Source: Strigamia acuminata (taxonomy: Eukaryota). From it: a stretch of 64,000 nucleotides of DNA. Of the stretch, positions 40,001 to 56,405 are shown in pieces (within the stretch, counting starts at the first letter, position 1; each line of letters begins with the position of its first letter). Made by a program: the position numbers and the translations under genes. Location: assembly GCA_949358305.1 (NCBI GenBank), contig OX442314.1, positions 18,352,001 to 18,416,000 of the forward strand, given 5' to 3'. The notes below the pieces were generated by a model. The model was not told the DNA's origin and ran no database searches. It worked only from the letters and a program-made list of their open reading frames with translations.

Positions 40001-41927
40001 TTGAATAATTTATTTTTTTTGGATAAATTTTAGATGATAAACGATCGTCATGGAGTCCGTATACTAGCTTGTGTGCTAGTCCCCTAGCGGAAGAATCTTA
40101 TGCGGAAAAATTGCGACTTCTCGAGGAAGCCCAAAACGTGCCCATTGAAAGATGGAAAGCGCTCGCCGTTGTAGCTTGGTTAGAATTGTCTCTTGGAATG
40201 CCGCAATACTCATTGGCGTGTGCGGAAAACATTAAAAGTGGAAAAGTATGCAATATTTCTAACATTCGTTAGAAAGGAAAATGACAATATTCTATTTTTC
40301 GTGTAGATTTTACTCGAATTGACGGACAGCGAATTAGACTCCTGTCTGGGAATGAGTAATCCAATGCACAGGAAAAAATTACGTCTCGCTGTAGAGGAAT
40401 TCAGAGATCCTAATTTTTGGTACCCGTTTATTGGTATTTAAAAAAATAGATTCATTCATTCATTGGGTCCTTTTCTTTGCAGCCGGTATCCTAAAATTGG
40501 CGAACTCTCTCACGTTTGGGTGTGTGGGGAATGGATTCCAGGTTTAGGGCTAAGTCAGTACGTGGATGCCTTTGCAAACCACTTAGTGGATGGGCGAGTG
40601 CTTGAACAGCTCGGGCGAAAGGAGTTAGAAAAGTATTTAGGCGTATCCAGGAAGTTCCATCAAATCAGTATTTTACATGGAATTCAACTTATGCGAATGA
40701 TCGGCTACGATAAACAAGTAGGCAATTGTTTTTTTTAAAAAGTAGATTGTGTTGTTTATTAAAAAGTGTTTGCAGATATTGACAGATAGACGATCGCAGT
40801 GTGAAATTCATGACTCCGATCCCCTCGTATGGACAAATCAACGATTTATCAAATGGGCAACGAGCATTGACTTAGGGGTAATGCCAATTTGTTTTATTTT
40901 TATTTTTATTTAATTTAATTTTTTTGTTTAGGAATATGCTGAAAATTTGCGAGAGAGCGGAGTACATGGAGCCTTCGTCCTTCTTGAACCAACTTTTACT
41001 GCGGATACAATGGCCGCCGCGCTCGGAATTCCACAATCGAAGAATATCATCAGGAGACATTTGACTACTGAATTCGAAGCTTTAATACAACCTGTTCGGT
41101 ATGAAAAATGAATTGTAGGATTTATTTGGATCGATTGGTCAATTTTGCAAATTATCTTAGATGTTCTTTGGAACAAGAAAGCCAACCAGTTAAGCTAAGC
41201 AAGAAAGGAAACAACTTTTCACGCTCTTACGCTAGTGGATTACAATTGGCCAAATCGAGTGAAACCTCAAAATCAAGCCTAAGGGTAAAGAGACCCATTA
41301 TATTTATTTTTGAAACTTAAACTCGAGTTTACTATTTGACTTAAATAATGACAATGCATAATCTTATCATTTTTTTCGGCAAAATGATGACTTAATCGTG
41401 AGCAGAACCTATTTTTATTTTGATTTGCCAAATTATATATTTTTATGTGCGGTTACGTTTGTTGTTTGTACAGTAATTAAGCCTATTTTTCAATTCCCCC
41501 TATTGTTATCGTAGTTAGCCGCCCCCACTTGCATCATAAAAGCGAACCCCCACAAAATAAATCTAAATCTTATACACTTACATAATATTATCACCTTATT
41601 TAACCTGCTACCAGGAAGTCCTAGTCAGGTGAGGAATCAATAAGAGAAATTATTATTTTGGCACTAGAAAGTAGATTTTCTTTTTATTTCGTTTCTCAAA
41701 ATTTCACTTATTTGAGTTTGATTTGATTCTAGGGTTCCCTGTCCAGAGCTTTAGGTTTAAAAGTGAAGCGGGACTTACGTGTGATGACCCTCCCCCCTCC
41801 AGTTCCAAGACATACCACTACGGGGCAGACATCATCATTGACTGGTGGAGGACCCAACGATAAAGCTCGTCATAGAAGAGTCAGATCCACTAGCGACTTC
41901 GACGCCATGACTGTCACATCGGTTTGA
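34032..41927 (+). CDS. KAZN: Kazrin / liprin-gamma (coiled coil + SAM domains). Exons 34032-34201, 34275-34464, 36488-36715, 37749-37909, 39062-39208, 39455-39686, 39752-39964, 40034-40245, 40307-40419, 40483-40717, 40776-40877, 40932-41098, 41161-41284, 41733-41927; first coding exon(s) lie upstream
   Basis: MVDDNKQLAERIDGDIQTAQQDVSVLRAELADTNRR; LKTDRKRLKAEKFDLLNQMKQLYGTLEDKEKELRDFIRNYEQ; SAM motifs (WLELSLGMPQY...ENIKSGK, HLVDGRVLEQL, DPLVWTNQRFIKW...ENLRESGVHGA); C-terminal VTSV*. Exon phases are consistent throughout. Confidence 0.92.
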
Positions 41928-43670
41928 ACTTTGAGAAGAGAAATCTACATTCACTTCAGTTTTATTTTCAAATGTATCAGTAAAAGATTTTTTTGTTAGT
42001 ATTTTAGCTTCTAGTCCCGTAAAAGGCATAAACGACACTTTTTAAAATGTTATTTTTTTTTTTTAAAAATGAAATGCCAAAGATATAAGGAATGTGACAT
42101 GTGGTTATAAATATTACAAAATATCAACGTTTGGTGTGAAACTTAAGTTTTTAACAAGGATATGAGACAGTCAGAAGTCTCTTGATCTCAGAGAGAGATA
42201 GAGAACAAAAAGATTCACGATTTTTTCACAACTTATTACAACTTTGTTTGTATTAAAGATATTTATATTTAAAAAGTTTTTGGGAGGTGAATAATTTGTC
42301 GTATTTTTGTATTATATAGTCTATTTGTCCATATCCGATGTAAAAAGAGGTGGAATTTGTAAAAGTGGCCTTTGGCGTATGTGCACAAGACGTAAAGAGA
42401 ATACAAATGTTCAAACTAGGCTGTATTATTACGGATTTTAGATTAAGCAGATAATTGCTAATTTTATTGCTTTTTATTTTAATAATAATCGTGTATAAAA
42501 AAAATAACTAAAAATTAATTTTTTAATTTATTTTGAAAGTAAATAATCTTACATTCCTAAGAATTTTTTTATGAGTTTTTTTTTTTAATGTAAATAAAGA
42601 ACAATTTAGTTTGACATCGAAAAAATATATATAATGAACTTAACAGTAAGATTAACTGTACAAAAAAAAAAAATTTAATTAAAAATGCGTATAATTAAAA
42701 ATGGTTTTGCTTTTTTTTTATCACAGACAAAAAGTTCAATATACAGAAATTGATTGAGGCACATAGGAATGCATTTTAAATTCTATTGCTTATATATTAT
42801 TTCTTTACATATTTAGTGTCTTTCTCTCTAAACAACAAACTTTGCAATTTTGCAAAGCGAGGGACACAATATGAAACGATGAGCAGTACGAATGTAACTT
42901 AATTACATTCTCCTACATTGAAAGATCTTACACAACCCCTAAAAACATTTCGACTTCGATGTGAATTGTGTTCCTACAATTTAAAATCTAAAATAGCAAA
43001 TAATACAAAAACAAATGTGAAATTTTAAAATTTTAGAAAAAAAACATTTCTAAAATTATTATTCCATTTTATTTCTGTGTTATTTGCTGGTGCGGCGCAG
43101 CAAAGCTTTAAGGGGCAAAAGATAAACAATGTTTGTAAAAAATGCTCTGATGATATCTGGCTATGATACATTTGAACTTGGCTAAACATTATAAAACATT
43201 TATAGGCACCACATATGGCTCTTCAAACTGCATTAATAAATCTAGTTAAAATAGATATCACAATACGCAACACATTGCAATTAAATTTATACATTTGACT
43301 AATCCTAAAAGTTAAAGCTCTTCGCTGTACAAGTCTGAAATAACGTATATTTTACAGTCAGAATAAAGCATTTTTTGTGCAAATTAATTGAAATGTGCTT
43401 TTTTTTTTCTCCTCTTTTGCATTTTAACTTCATTACGGACGGAGGATCATCTGATAAAGGGTTTGTTACGGAGACAAAACGGTATAAAATAAATGAGTAT
43501 TCTATGGTTTAAAAAATTTTAAAAAAAAAGATTATTGCCATCATGACAATTTATCGGATATTGCATCATCCCACTTGACCTCTTACGTACGTACGTACAG
43601 TACTGAGCCTTTTAATCTCATTATACGTATTCAACAACCGAATTCTCTTAATTCAAACACTTTAAAAGAG

Positions 43671-45421
43671 TTACAATTTGACCACAACTTCGGAGAGCAA
43701 TTGAGAATAATTGTAGTCAAAATTGAGAGCTGGCAACGATACGGATTTATCACCATCTTTTAGAGGTACCATGGTAAGTGTTGTGTGAACGCCTGCTCTA
43801 TGGGCTTGTCCCTGTCCCCGATCAGACGACGACAGCAGTGGTAAAAGCTTCTCACTTACCACACCTATCATACATGGATCGTCTGAACGCGAGTACCGTG
43901 ATGCAAATGAACTGAATGCTTTCTTTGGCCTGGAAAATCCCGTAAGTACAAAGTATGCTCACAATTCTGACATTACGAATTATTGATTTCACTTGTATTA
44001 CCTGCCTCTTTTCACTGTAGCCACATGTTGCACACCATTTACTTTGTCGAACAACCTGTACAGTAAATCCGTGTTTCCAACAGTGATAGATCGACTATTG
44101 TAGTCTTGGCTCGTTTTGCTATCCTTATTTTGTTGACCATCTTCAGTTGGTGTAACCGGTCGAACTTCTGCATGTAAAAATAGAAACTCTCCATTATGAA
44201 TATGGTATACTAAAATGGCAAATGTATTGATCTGTTGGATCTTAATATGTATTGTTATTAGATGATAAACAATTTTTAGTGTTGTCTTGACAACTTTGAT
44301 ATTTTGTACCTGCAATATCTTCTGTTGGTTCTTTGTTAAATAAGGGTGGCAAAACGGGAAATATATTAGCTGGAGATGCGTTATTAGTAGCGTTTGGCTG
44401 TTGCCAAAATGACTGTGGAAGGGACCTTAATCTCATTGGCAAAGGTTCTGCAAAATATAGCAAAGATAATGCGCAATAATGAAGGTGAATATCGACTATC
44501 TTATTGTTTACTTAAAGTTAAGTGATATATTTATTTACCGAATGAAGACAGAATGATACTTTGCAGAAGTCAAATCGAATAAAACACAAGTAAAACACAA
44601 AGGAAATCAAAGAAGCACAAAGAAAACACGAAGAAGACACAAAAGAAACCAAAATAAAACACACAAAACATGAATTTCCGATTTTGTAAGTATTACGGTA
44701 ATTATTAAATGTATTTTATTCCAAAAAAATTTGTTTTATTTTTCTGACTATCGTTGATTTAAACAAGCTGTTTTATTGATTCAAATTCAACCATTTCGGA
44801 AATAAAAACAAAAATAAAAACAAAAACCAATTAGCACTCATTATCGTTTTCCGCAATAAAACTTCAACTAAATAATAATAATTTATTTATACAATTTCCA
44901 ACAAAAATATGAAGAAACAAGAAAAATGGTTCAAAATAAGAGTCATTTTTCAAGTTCAACAAAGTTCTTTGTTGCTTTCTTCCCGACTCTAATTTACCCA
45001 TCAAAATATTTCCCATGCGCGCTCACGTCTACACGTCAGCACGTGACTTTATATGACTCACACTCGAAAATTTCGCCATTCCTAGCCTTTATCAACTTAT
45101 TAAACTTATTTAGTCAACTTTTAATTTACCTTTGTACTTTGTCCTCGTTTTGTTGTTGTGGTTTACCACTTGCGCAGTGTCGGGAGTGATCAACCCTTTC
45201 TTTTTCTTTCCCTTAATGTTGGACAAAACAGCATGTGCATGTTTGGCAAATCCCGGTGTCCGCTCGTAAATTGGACCAGATGCCGTGCTGCTGTTACAGC
45301 TACTAATTGGACTTGTAGCATTTTCAAACTCAACTCCCAAACTTTCCAGCTTCTTCTCTTCTTCTTCGTCACCACTTTCTCGAGGCGAAAGTGTTGGTGC
45401 TGGTTTTCGTTTGCCGCTCAT
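43671..45421 (-). CDS. Uncharacterised protein with a YAP/FAM181-like TEAD-binding omega-loop motif and an AT-hook-like motif (exons 45130-45421, 44310-44447, 44002-44167, 43671-43929)
   Basis: Phase-consistent GT-AG splicing gives MSGKRKPAPTLSPRES...KKKGLITPD...KYK|EPLPMRLRSLPQSFWQQPN...|EVRPVTP...NTDLLYRLF...KRGR|PKK...DDPCM...LPALNFDYNYSQLLSEVVVKL*. Confidence 0.8.
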
Positions 45422-46871
45422 CAATTTTAAATTCTTTGTCACTTCACAGCATTATCACGTGACAAACTTTTGTTGTTAATCACACGTTGTAATGAGCTAA
45501 TCCACACAACTATTTTGTCCTAGCTCGATTTATTTTTGTTATTCTTAGTTACTAAGGACTACCCTTCGCGCACAGGGTAAAGCGTAATCACGTGAATTCG
45601 CGATACCAATTGGAGGTCACAATCATTGTTGCCAAGGCAACCCTGCACCGGACAAATGCTCGCCTACCAACATGCATTTTTTTTCCCTTCCAGTTCTCGA
45701 TTTGTGTATTTCATCACCATAGTTACTACATTGATTATCAATGACGACATGGCTGAGCAATTAAGAGTTCAGAGAACAGTCGAGACGGGTCAATTAAAAA
45801 CAGAACTGCCAGATTTATTCATTTTATATAAAAGACTAAAGAGTTACATAAATAAATACTTTTTTTTTTATAAAAATTACATGTTTACCGTATATTTTTA
45901 TTTTTTAAAGACTAAAACTCCAAGTATGACAAATAATTCGCCCGTAATGGGAATAATATTTGATACTATGAAAATCAACCAATATAATTCGGGATGCCAT
46001 TTATGGATAATGAAATAACTCAGGGATATTGAACCGAAGCTGTGAAATGCCATGGCTAAAGTAAAGGGAAAATATATATATTTATGTAGATATTTTTTAA
46101 TTAAACTTACACTTACAAATAAATGATATTAATGGCCAAAAAAGAGAAATCCCAGATAAAAATGAAATTAATTCAATTGCAATTAGGCTTATGCTCAAGT
46201 ATAAGCCAATTGATAAACTAGGTGGAAAAAAATTTAATTAATTTATTAATTTTTATTTTATTTTTTATTTTATTTTTTACGTGTCACGTCTTTTGGAAAA
46301 TTCAGCTTCGGACAAAAGTAATGGCATATCACGTCGAACAACTTCATCCTGCCCATTGTATAAATAAGTAAAAGCGTTAATTAAATAAATACAATAAAAT
46401 ACTGAACTTATAATTTTTAAATCAACTTACTACACCCCATAAAATCATTAAAACAATGGTCAAATGTGATATCAAAATCAAAAACCGAGCGGGGACAATC
46501 CCTTGTAAAAATGTCAAAGTCATAGCTATTTCTATTCTATGCGGGCGACCATTTTGACGCTTAACAAGCAAAGCCGGAAACTATATTATCACCATAGCAA
46601 TATTCGACGTAATGCCGGAACCACCAGAGTGAGTATTGCTCAAGCGCAGTAGGAGCCAATAGAAGAATGGACTAAATATGGCGACGTGTAAGTCATCATT
46701 TTCCACCATGTAGTGGCGTGGCGATCGATAAACTGCTTGGCCACGTCTACTGTGCTCTCGTCATTACTTTTGACAATATTCTGATTAATATTGCCTCTTT
46801 TTTAGCTGATATTATAATTTTCATACCACAGAAGACAAGAAATCTGTTGCGCACACATCGAATCAGGAAAA

Positions 46872-49800
46872 ATGGTAGTTTTATCTACATTTTAGTTGTG
46901 AAGTTTCAAAAATATTAACGAGGCATATTTGTTTACAGCCTCTGCGGTTAGACATCAAGCGAAAACTTTCTACTCGATCAGATCGGGTAAAGAGTGTAGA
47001 CTTACACCCAACTGAACCATGGATGCTTGCCAGTTTATACAATGGTAACGTGCACATTTGGAACCATGAAACTCAGGTATAAAACAGTGAAAATGTTGTT
47101 AAACAAATCCAAGTCGGCGATATAATAAAATCACTTTATTTTTTAGCAACAAGTTAAATCCTTTGAGGTATGTGATTTACCGGTCCGAGCAGTGAAGTTT
47201 GTGCCCAGAAAAAACTGGATCATCACTGGAACTGTACGAATTAATTACGAATATTCCTTTTATTATTTGGAAATTTATTATTTATCGCTTTTGTTTTTTT
47301 GAAGGATGATATGCAAATACGTGTGTTTAATTATAACACGTTGGAACGAGTTCATATGTTCGAAGCACATTCCGATTATGTTCGATGCATCGTTGTTCAT
47401 CCTACGCAACCATTTGTTTTAACTAGCAGTGGTAAAATCATAATTTTATTTAGGTTTTGCTTAATTATTATATTCTAATTTTTTTCTTTTTAAGATGACA
47501 TGTTGATTAAATTGTGGAACTGGGAAAAGCAATGGTCGTGCCAGCAAGTTTTTGAAGGTCATACCCATTATGTTATGCAAATCGTTATTAATCCTAAAGA
47601 TAATAACACCTTCGCGAGTGCTTCTCTTGACCGGACAGTCAAGGTATCGCAGTCACGAGGAAAATAGAAAATTATATTGCATTCAAGTCTTTTGTTGTTG
47701 TTGAATTTTTAGGTTTGGCAGTTGGGTTCGAGCACACCGAACTTTACATTAGAGGGTCACGAAAAAGGAGTGAATTGCGTCGATTACTATTACGGTGGAG
47801 ATAAGCCTTACTTGATTTCTGGTGCTGATGACAGACTCGTCAAAATATGGGACTATCAGAATAAAACTTGCGTTCAGACGTTGGAAGGCCATGCTCAGAA
47901 TATATCGGCAGTTTCTTTTCATCCTGAATTGCCCATAATAATAACTGGATCTGAAGATGGTTAGAGTTTTTATAAAAATTTAAAAAAAAAATTTCTAATT
48001 TCATTATTTTTTTTTGGGATAGGAACTGTTCGTATCTGGCACGCAAACACTTATCGTTTGGAAACAACTTTAAATTACGCTTTGGAACGAGTTTGGACAG
48101 TTTGTTGCATGAAAGGCTCCAACAACGTTGCATTGGGTTACGATGAAGGAAGCATTATAATTAAAGTAACAAATTTAACGACGATAACGTGTACTTTGTC
48201 TTACGATCTTGCTCGTAAAAATTACAGCTTGGTCGCGAAGAGCCGGCAATGTCAATGGACAGCAGCGGAAAAATAATCTGGGCTAAGCATTCCGAAATTC
48301 AACAAGCTAATTTGAAATCGATGACCGACACTGAGATCAACGACGGAGAACGCCTTCCTTTAGCCGTTAAAGACATGGGCAGTTGTGAAATTTATCCGCA
48401 AACGATTGCTCATAATCCGAATGGTCGATTCGTGGTTGTTTGCGGAGATGGAGAGTACATCATTTATACGGCAATGGCGTTACGAAACAAAAGTTTTGGC
48501 AGTGCCCAGGAGTTTGTATGGGCGTTGGATTCGTCCGAGTACGCAGTCAGGGAGAATTCCACGAGCGTAAAGCTGTTTAAAAATTTTAAGGAGAAAAAAT
48601 CGTTTAAACCGGAATTTGGAGCCGAGAGTATTTTTGGCGGGTTTATGCTCGGAGTCAAATCTGTTAGTGGATTGGCGTTCTACGATTGGGAAACGCTCGA
48701 GTTAGTACGCAGGATTGAAATCCAACCGAAACATGTAATTTATTTAACGTACCAACTCCTTATTGATTATTAAACGTGCTTTTTTTTTGTTTTTTTAGGT
48801 AATGTGGGCAGAAAGCGGCGAATTAGTTTGCATTGCTACGGATGAATCGTATTTTATTCTCAAGTATAATGCCGAAGCAGTCACACATAGTAAAGAAACT
48901 AAACAAGGGGTCAGCGAGGATGGTATTGAAGATGCTTTTGATGTAATATACTTGCAATTTTTTTGATTTGGTTGTTTATTAGAATGATTTTTTTTTTATT
49001 AAATACTGTATAGGTGTTGGGTGAAGTTCAAGAAACTGTGAAGACCGGATTGTGGGTTGGAGATTGCTTCATTTATACAAATGGATTGAATCGACTAAAT
49101 TATTACGTTGGTGGTGAAATAGTTACAATTTCACATTCAGATCGGTAATATCAATTTTAAATTTATCACATTTAATACGTATTACATTTATTTATTTATA
49201 TTTATTTTTGTTTAGAACTATGTATCTCTTGGGCTACATTCCCAAAGACAACCGACTGTATTTGGGAGATAAAGAATTAAATGTTGTGAGTTATTCACTA
49301 TTGCTCTCGGTTCTCGAATATCAAACGGCCGTTATGAGAAGGGATTTTGAAACGGCCGATAAAGTTTTACCCACGATTCCAAAAGAGCAACGTACACGAG
49401 TTGCGCACTTTCTCGAGAAACAAGTAATTGAACACCGGTATATTGTTTTTTTGTTTTTTTCACAAAGTTTGTTTGTAATTTAGGGATTTAAATCGCAAGC
49501 GCTTGCAGTGTCGACTGATCCTGAACACAAATTCGAATTGGCACTTCAACTGGGAGAACTGAAAACCGCGTATCAGTTAGCGCAGGAAGCACAGTCTGAG
49601 CAAAAATGGAAGCAATTAGCTGAATTAGCAACGAGTCGATGCCAGTTTCCTTTGGCGCAAGAATGCCTGCACAATGCCCAAGATTTTGGTGGTTTGTTGC
49701 TGCTTGCAACTTCGGCTGGGAGTGCTCCAATGGTTGAAAAGTTGGGCGAAACAGCCGAAACCAATGGAAAAAACAACGTGGCCTTTTTGTCTTATTTCTT

Positions 49801-52800
49801 ACTTGGAGAGTAAGCAACAAATTAATTTGTTGATAGAAATTATGTAAACAATTATTTTTTTTTATTTTTTTTTTAGTTTGGAAAGATGTCTTGAAGTTCT
49901 TATAAGCACCAATCGCTTGCCCGAAGCGGCTTTCTTTGCCAGGACGTATTTGCCCAGTCAAATTTCGAGGTATTATTTATTATATTTAAAAAAAAAAAAA
50001 AAAATTTGTACTCACATATATTTTTTTGAAGAATATTGACATTATGGAAGGAATCTTTGGGGAAAACGAACAAAAAGGCTGCTGAATCGTTGGCTGATCC
50101 GGCCCAGTACGAGAATCTATTTGTGGGATTAAGCGACGCGTGCAAAACGGAGCAGTACGTGAAAAGTAGAAAGCAGCGAATTCCAGCTTCGAAATACCCA
50201 GTAACACCGGTGAGAAACCATTAGAGAAACTCGATTTAATTGTTGACTCCTATTTAAACGCTTTATAATGTTTTCACAGACGACGATCGAACGTAATTTG
50301 GTAGATGAAATGAAAAAAATGGAAGCAGCTGGTCAGTTTGTGTACGCACCAACAACAGATGACACCGAGGTAAATAAAGAAATATAAAACTTCAGTCACA
50401 AATAAGCAAAATATTTTCTAAGTAAAATTCAATATTTAATGTTTGTTTTGTAAAGATTATGATTGATTGGTTTCCAAGAAAATATTGAATGTCTTTCTGG
50501 CAAACCTTTGCTGATTTGTTTTTAGCTTTTTATGTTGGTGATTGGATTGAGTAACGAATAAAGCTACGGAAATACAAACATCCTCACACTCCTCTGCTTA
50601 TAAACCTTCTATATAAAATTGTTTAAATTTCTTTATTATTTTTACCCGGGATGAAACCGAGATTCATCCGTGAGTTTGAAAACATTTCCACTAACAAGGA
50701 GGATTGTTTTGTAATTCTTTGGCCATGACGGAGACCATGAGCTCACTTTACATGCAAACATATTTGTTTTTATTTTTTATTTTTTTATTTTTTAATATTT
50801 GTGAGAATTATCAAGAGTGGTATGTTGTTGCTACTGGAAACTCGGGTTGAATGGTTGAAAACTTTAAAATTAAACAAGGTTTTATTTTACTGATGTTAAT
50901 CATTTAAAAACACTATCCAAATTGGTTTGTGTATATTATTGAAAATAATATTTTAAACAATTTTTTTTTTTGTAAAAAAATAATAATTTGGTTTAAAATT
51001 GTTTATTTTTTTTCTTCTTTCTTTTTTTAATACCTTTGAGGAGTCTGTTTCATTTGTCTCAAAATGATAAGAGAAACGATAGAGGGCCAAGGCTGAGACA
51101 CAGATTGAGTGATGCGGTTGTTTGCGAACCGATTCTGTTACAAATTCTTTTTCCTATCCCTGTTTTTGTAATTGGCTTTAGAAAATGTGTCACTATCAAA
51201 TTTCAATTAAATTTTAGAAGAAAAAAAAAACATTTTTCCCCTCAGTTTACTGATAAATGGGTTACCTGAGCTCGTTTCAATTTTTTTCCCCCTTCAATTT
51301 AAAAATTAGAAAAAATAAATAAATAAAGAATTTAAATATAGGCCGCAATAAAAGCCATAAAAAAATAATAACAACGAGATTATATTTTCTTTTAATCAAG
51401 GATGACACAATGTTCCACGAAGCACGAACTGAACCGAGTCCGACAACAGAAAACTACGCTGCAATTGTACATGCACTGCCTGAGAGACCGATGGCAGATC
51501 CGATTCAAATTGAAGACGAGTTGGAATTGGATTTAGAGAACATGAAATTCGATGATAATATCGATATAACAGTAAGTAAATAAAACTACAACTGCATACG
51601 GGTATTTTGAGAGTATAATTTCGGAGTATTTATTCAGTAACTTGTCTCCTCAATCACCTTGTTGTTTACAAGATAAGACTTCAGTAGCAAGCACGAGGGG
51701 AGAAAAAAAGTGTTCTAAACACGGCCCTTGATTCCCTAGTGGTATTTGCCGGAAACTAACGCCACTCTAGGGACATTTAATTTAGTTTTTTTTTTTTTAA
51801 TTTTATTTTCTTTTCCTTCCCTGGATTTTCTTAACCGAGTCGAAACAAATTACGTGTCGGGTGGAACGAGCTGTCAGCACCCAAAGACGCCTATTTTTGT
51901 CTGGCAGCCAGGTATATACTGGCACAGCTGTTGCAATTTCTTCTCGTTTTTTTTCTTCGTCCTCCGCTGTACGACTATTATTCTCGTGGAAAATAAGCGC
52001 AGTGTGAATAAAACAATCCGAAATACGAAAAATTTAAATTGATAAATTTATTTTGAGGCGGCAGCGACTGTTAGCAAAATATTTTCACTTAACTCTAATT
52101 GTGAACAGCCGACGACAGCTGAAATGCACTTAGGAAAACCAGGTTTGTTTAGCACTTGTGCGTCTTTATAGTTTCAAAATATTAAGTATAAATATGTCAG
52201 ATTCTTCAGCTAACTGCGAGACAATGATATACGAGGCTATAAGAACAGTAAATAATCGGATAGAATTTAAAGAATTAACGGAGGATGAATATTTCATTGC
52301 GGCATTCTCTTTTCATAGTTTTTGTCTATTTCAATGGGTGTTTTTGAAAACATGCCACTAGTATTTAAGTTAAATGACTTTTTGTCTTATTTTCTGCAGT
52401 TGTTTATACAGGATTCTTAATTCACATGGAAAAATACGTTAAATTTTGGAATTTTTTTTTTTGAAATTTTGTGAAAAAATAAAAATCCAAGTCAACTGCG
52501 GTTGGCATGTGCGAGAGATGTTTCCTGCAAAGAAAAAAAAATCGGGTTTGGGTAAAAAAAGTGAGCTATTTTTTCGTTGATGTATTGAAATCACAATTTA
52601 TACACACCTGTTGTCTCTTAACTTAATTTCTAAATAAATTCAGCAACACACGCGTGACCTATTTGAGTGTCAACATATTTAGAATCTTCCAAACCGCCTT
52701 CTTCCCACCTCTTCACTTAAATCTTACTTTTTTTTAACACTTAAAACTTTTTTATGGGGAGCAATAAATCGCCCCTTTTTTAAAGTGGAATTGAGTTTGG

Positions 52801-53260
52801 CAATTTTTAAGTTTAACTAAAACGAAAATAGGTTAAAATATTTGATTTGTTGTTGAACGATAAAATGGCGGCGTCATCCGGGGCAGACGATGTTTTAAAA
52901 GAAATAGAGTATAATTTTCACAATTGGGACACTGACAAATTGCAAGAGCATCTTTTAAAATAGTTGGATCAATCGTAGTTTACAATAGTACGATGTCAGT
53001 CAACACGTTGTTAAGTGTTCGTGCATGCTCAAACGGTCGCCATCATTTTATCTTGCCTAATGAGCCTTGTCTGTTTAGCTATGAGCGATGTCAGTGACAA
53101 AATGCCAAGTTGCAGCTGTAAATGTGTTGAAAAGTGCTTTCTTTCTTTCTTTTTTCAAATATAAATATATATACATTTATTCATTTACAAATTAACATTT
53201 TAATTTTGTTTTTTGTTTAAGGATATCAATTTGGATGAAGACTTATTAAACGACGATTGA
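46872..53260 (+). CDS. COPB2: Coatomer subunit beta' (WD40); first exon carries only the ATG (46872-46874), last exons 50280-50369, 51401-51571, 53222-53260
   Basis: [105 protein letters not shown]; acidic tail [30 protein letters not shown]. Confidence 0.97.
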
Positions 53261-54201
53261 TTTTTCGTGTGTTTTCATTATTTGTATTACGAAATGTTAT
53301 AATAGAAATAAATAAAATAAAAAAAATTAAATGAAATGAAATGATTTTTGTTTTTGTTTATTATTTTTCTGAAATAAACATGAGTAAAATAAATAAATTT
53401 AAAAAAACGTAATAATTTTGTGGTTTGTCAACTTTCGTTGATTTATCACTAGGGTGACGTTGATGTTGATGTTATTCGCAAAAGTTAACAAGTAAAACAC
53501 TATTTGTCTTGCAACGTGTCTTTCCACATTACCCATTGGTATATTTTACGTGAAATTAGGTTTGAAATTTGCACATATTTACATTTCTATTCTTATCCTT
53601 TTTATTATCTAACGTGACAACGACAGACAGTTCCAAACAAACAGAAAACGGATCTACATTGATTATGCACTTCACTAAATTTCTGGATAAATGTGTTGTT
53701 TGTTTGGCCACAAATGAAACGTTATTTTGTTCTTGATGTTAAAAAAAAATAAACATGCGATAGTTTAATTTGTAACATTATGACAAATAATGATGTTTTA
53801 AGTAATCTTGGCTGGTTGTGAGTATTTTTTTTTCATCGAGGTCGACCAAAATAAACAGACATGTCGGTTGAAATCGTCTCGGAACCCTCGAAAACATTCC
53901 ACAGTAGCGCTGCCACCTGGTCTCATGAATTTGGCCGCTGTCTGATCTCCATCTCTAGAGGTGGAGTCAAGCTAGGCCACGTGACCAACCACGCCTGATT
54001 TGGGCCACGCCCAGCCAATGAGAAACGCTGCTAAAACACTCGCTTTCATCGGTGGACAGTAGATCCGATGGTGGGTGTGAGAACAAGTCAGTTTTGATAA
54101 GCCTTTGATGTGATTGACAGCTTAGCGAAATAGTAAAGAGTCCAAAGTGAACGGAAAGATGTTTGACCTCTTCAAAACTCAAGTTTAGTTGGTCATTTGA
54201 A

Positions 54202-56405
<2,204 letters not shown>

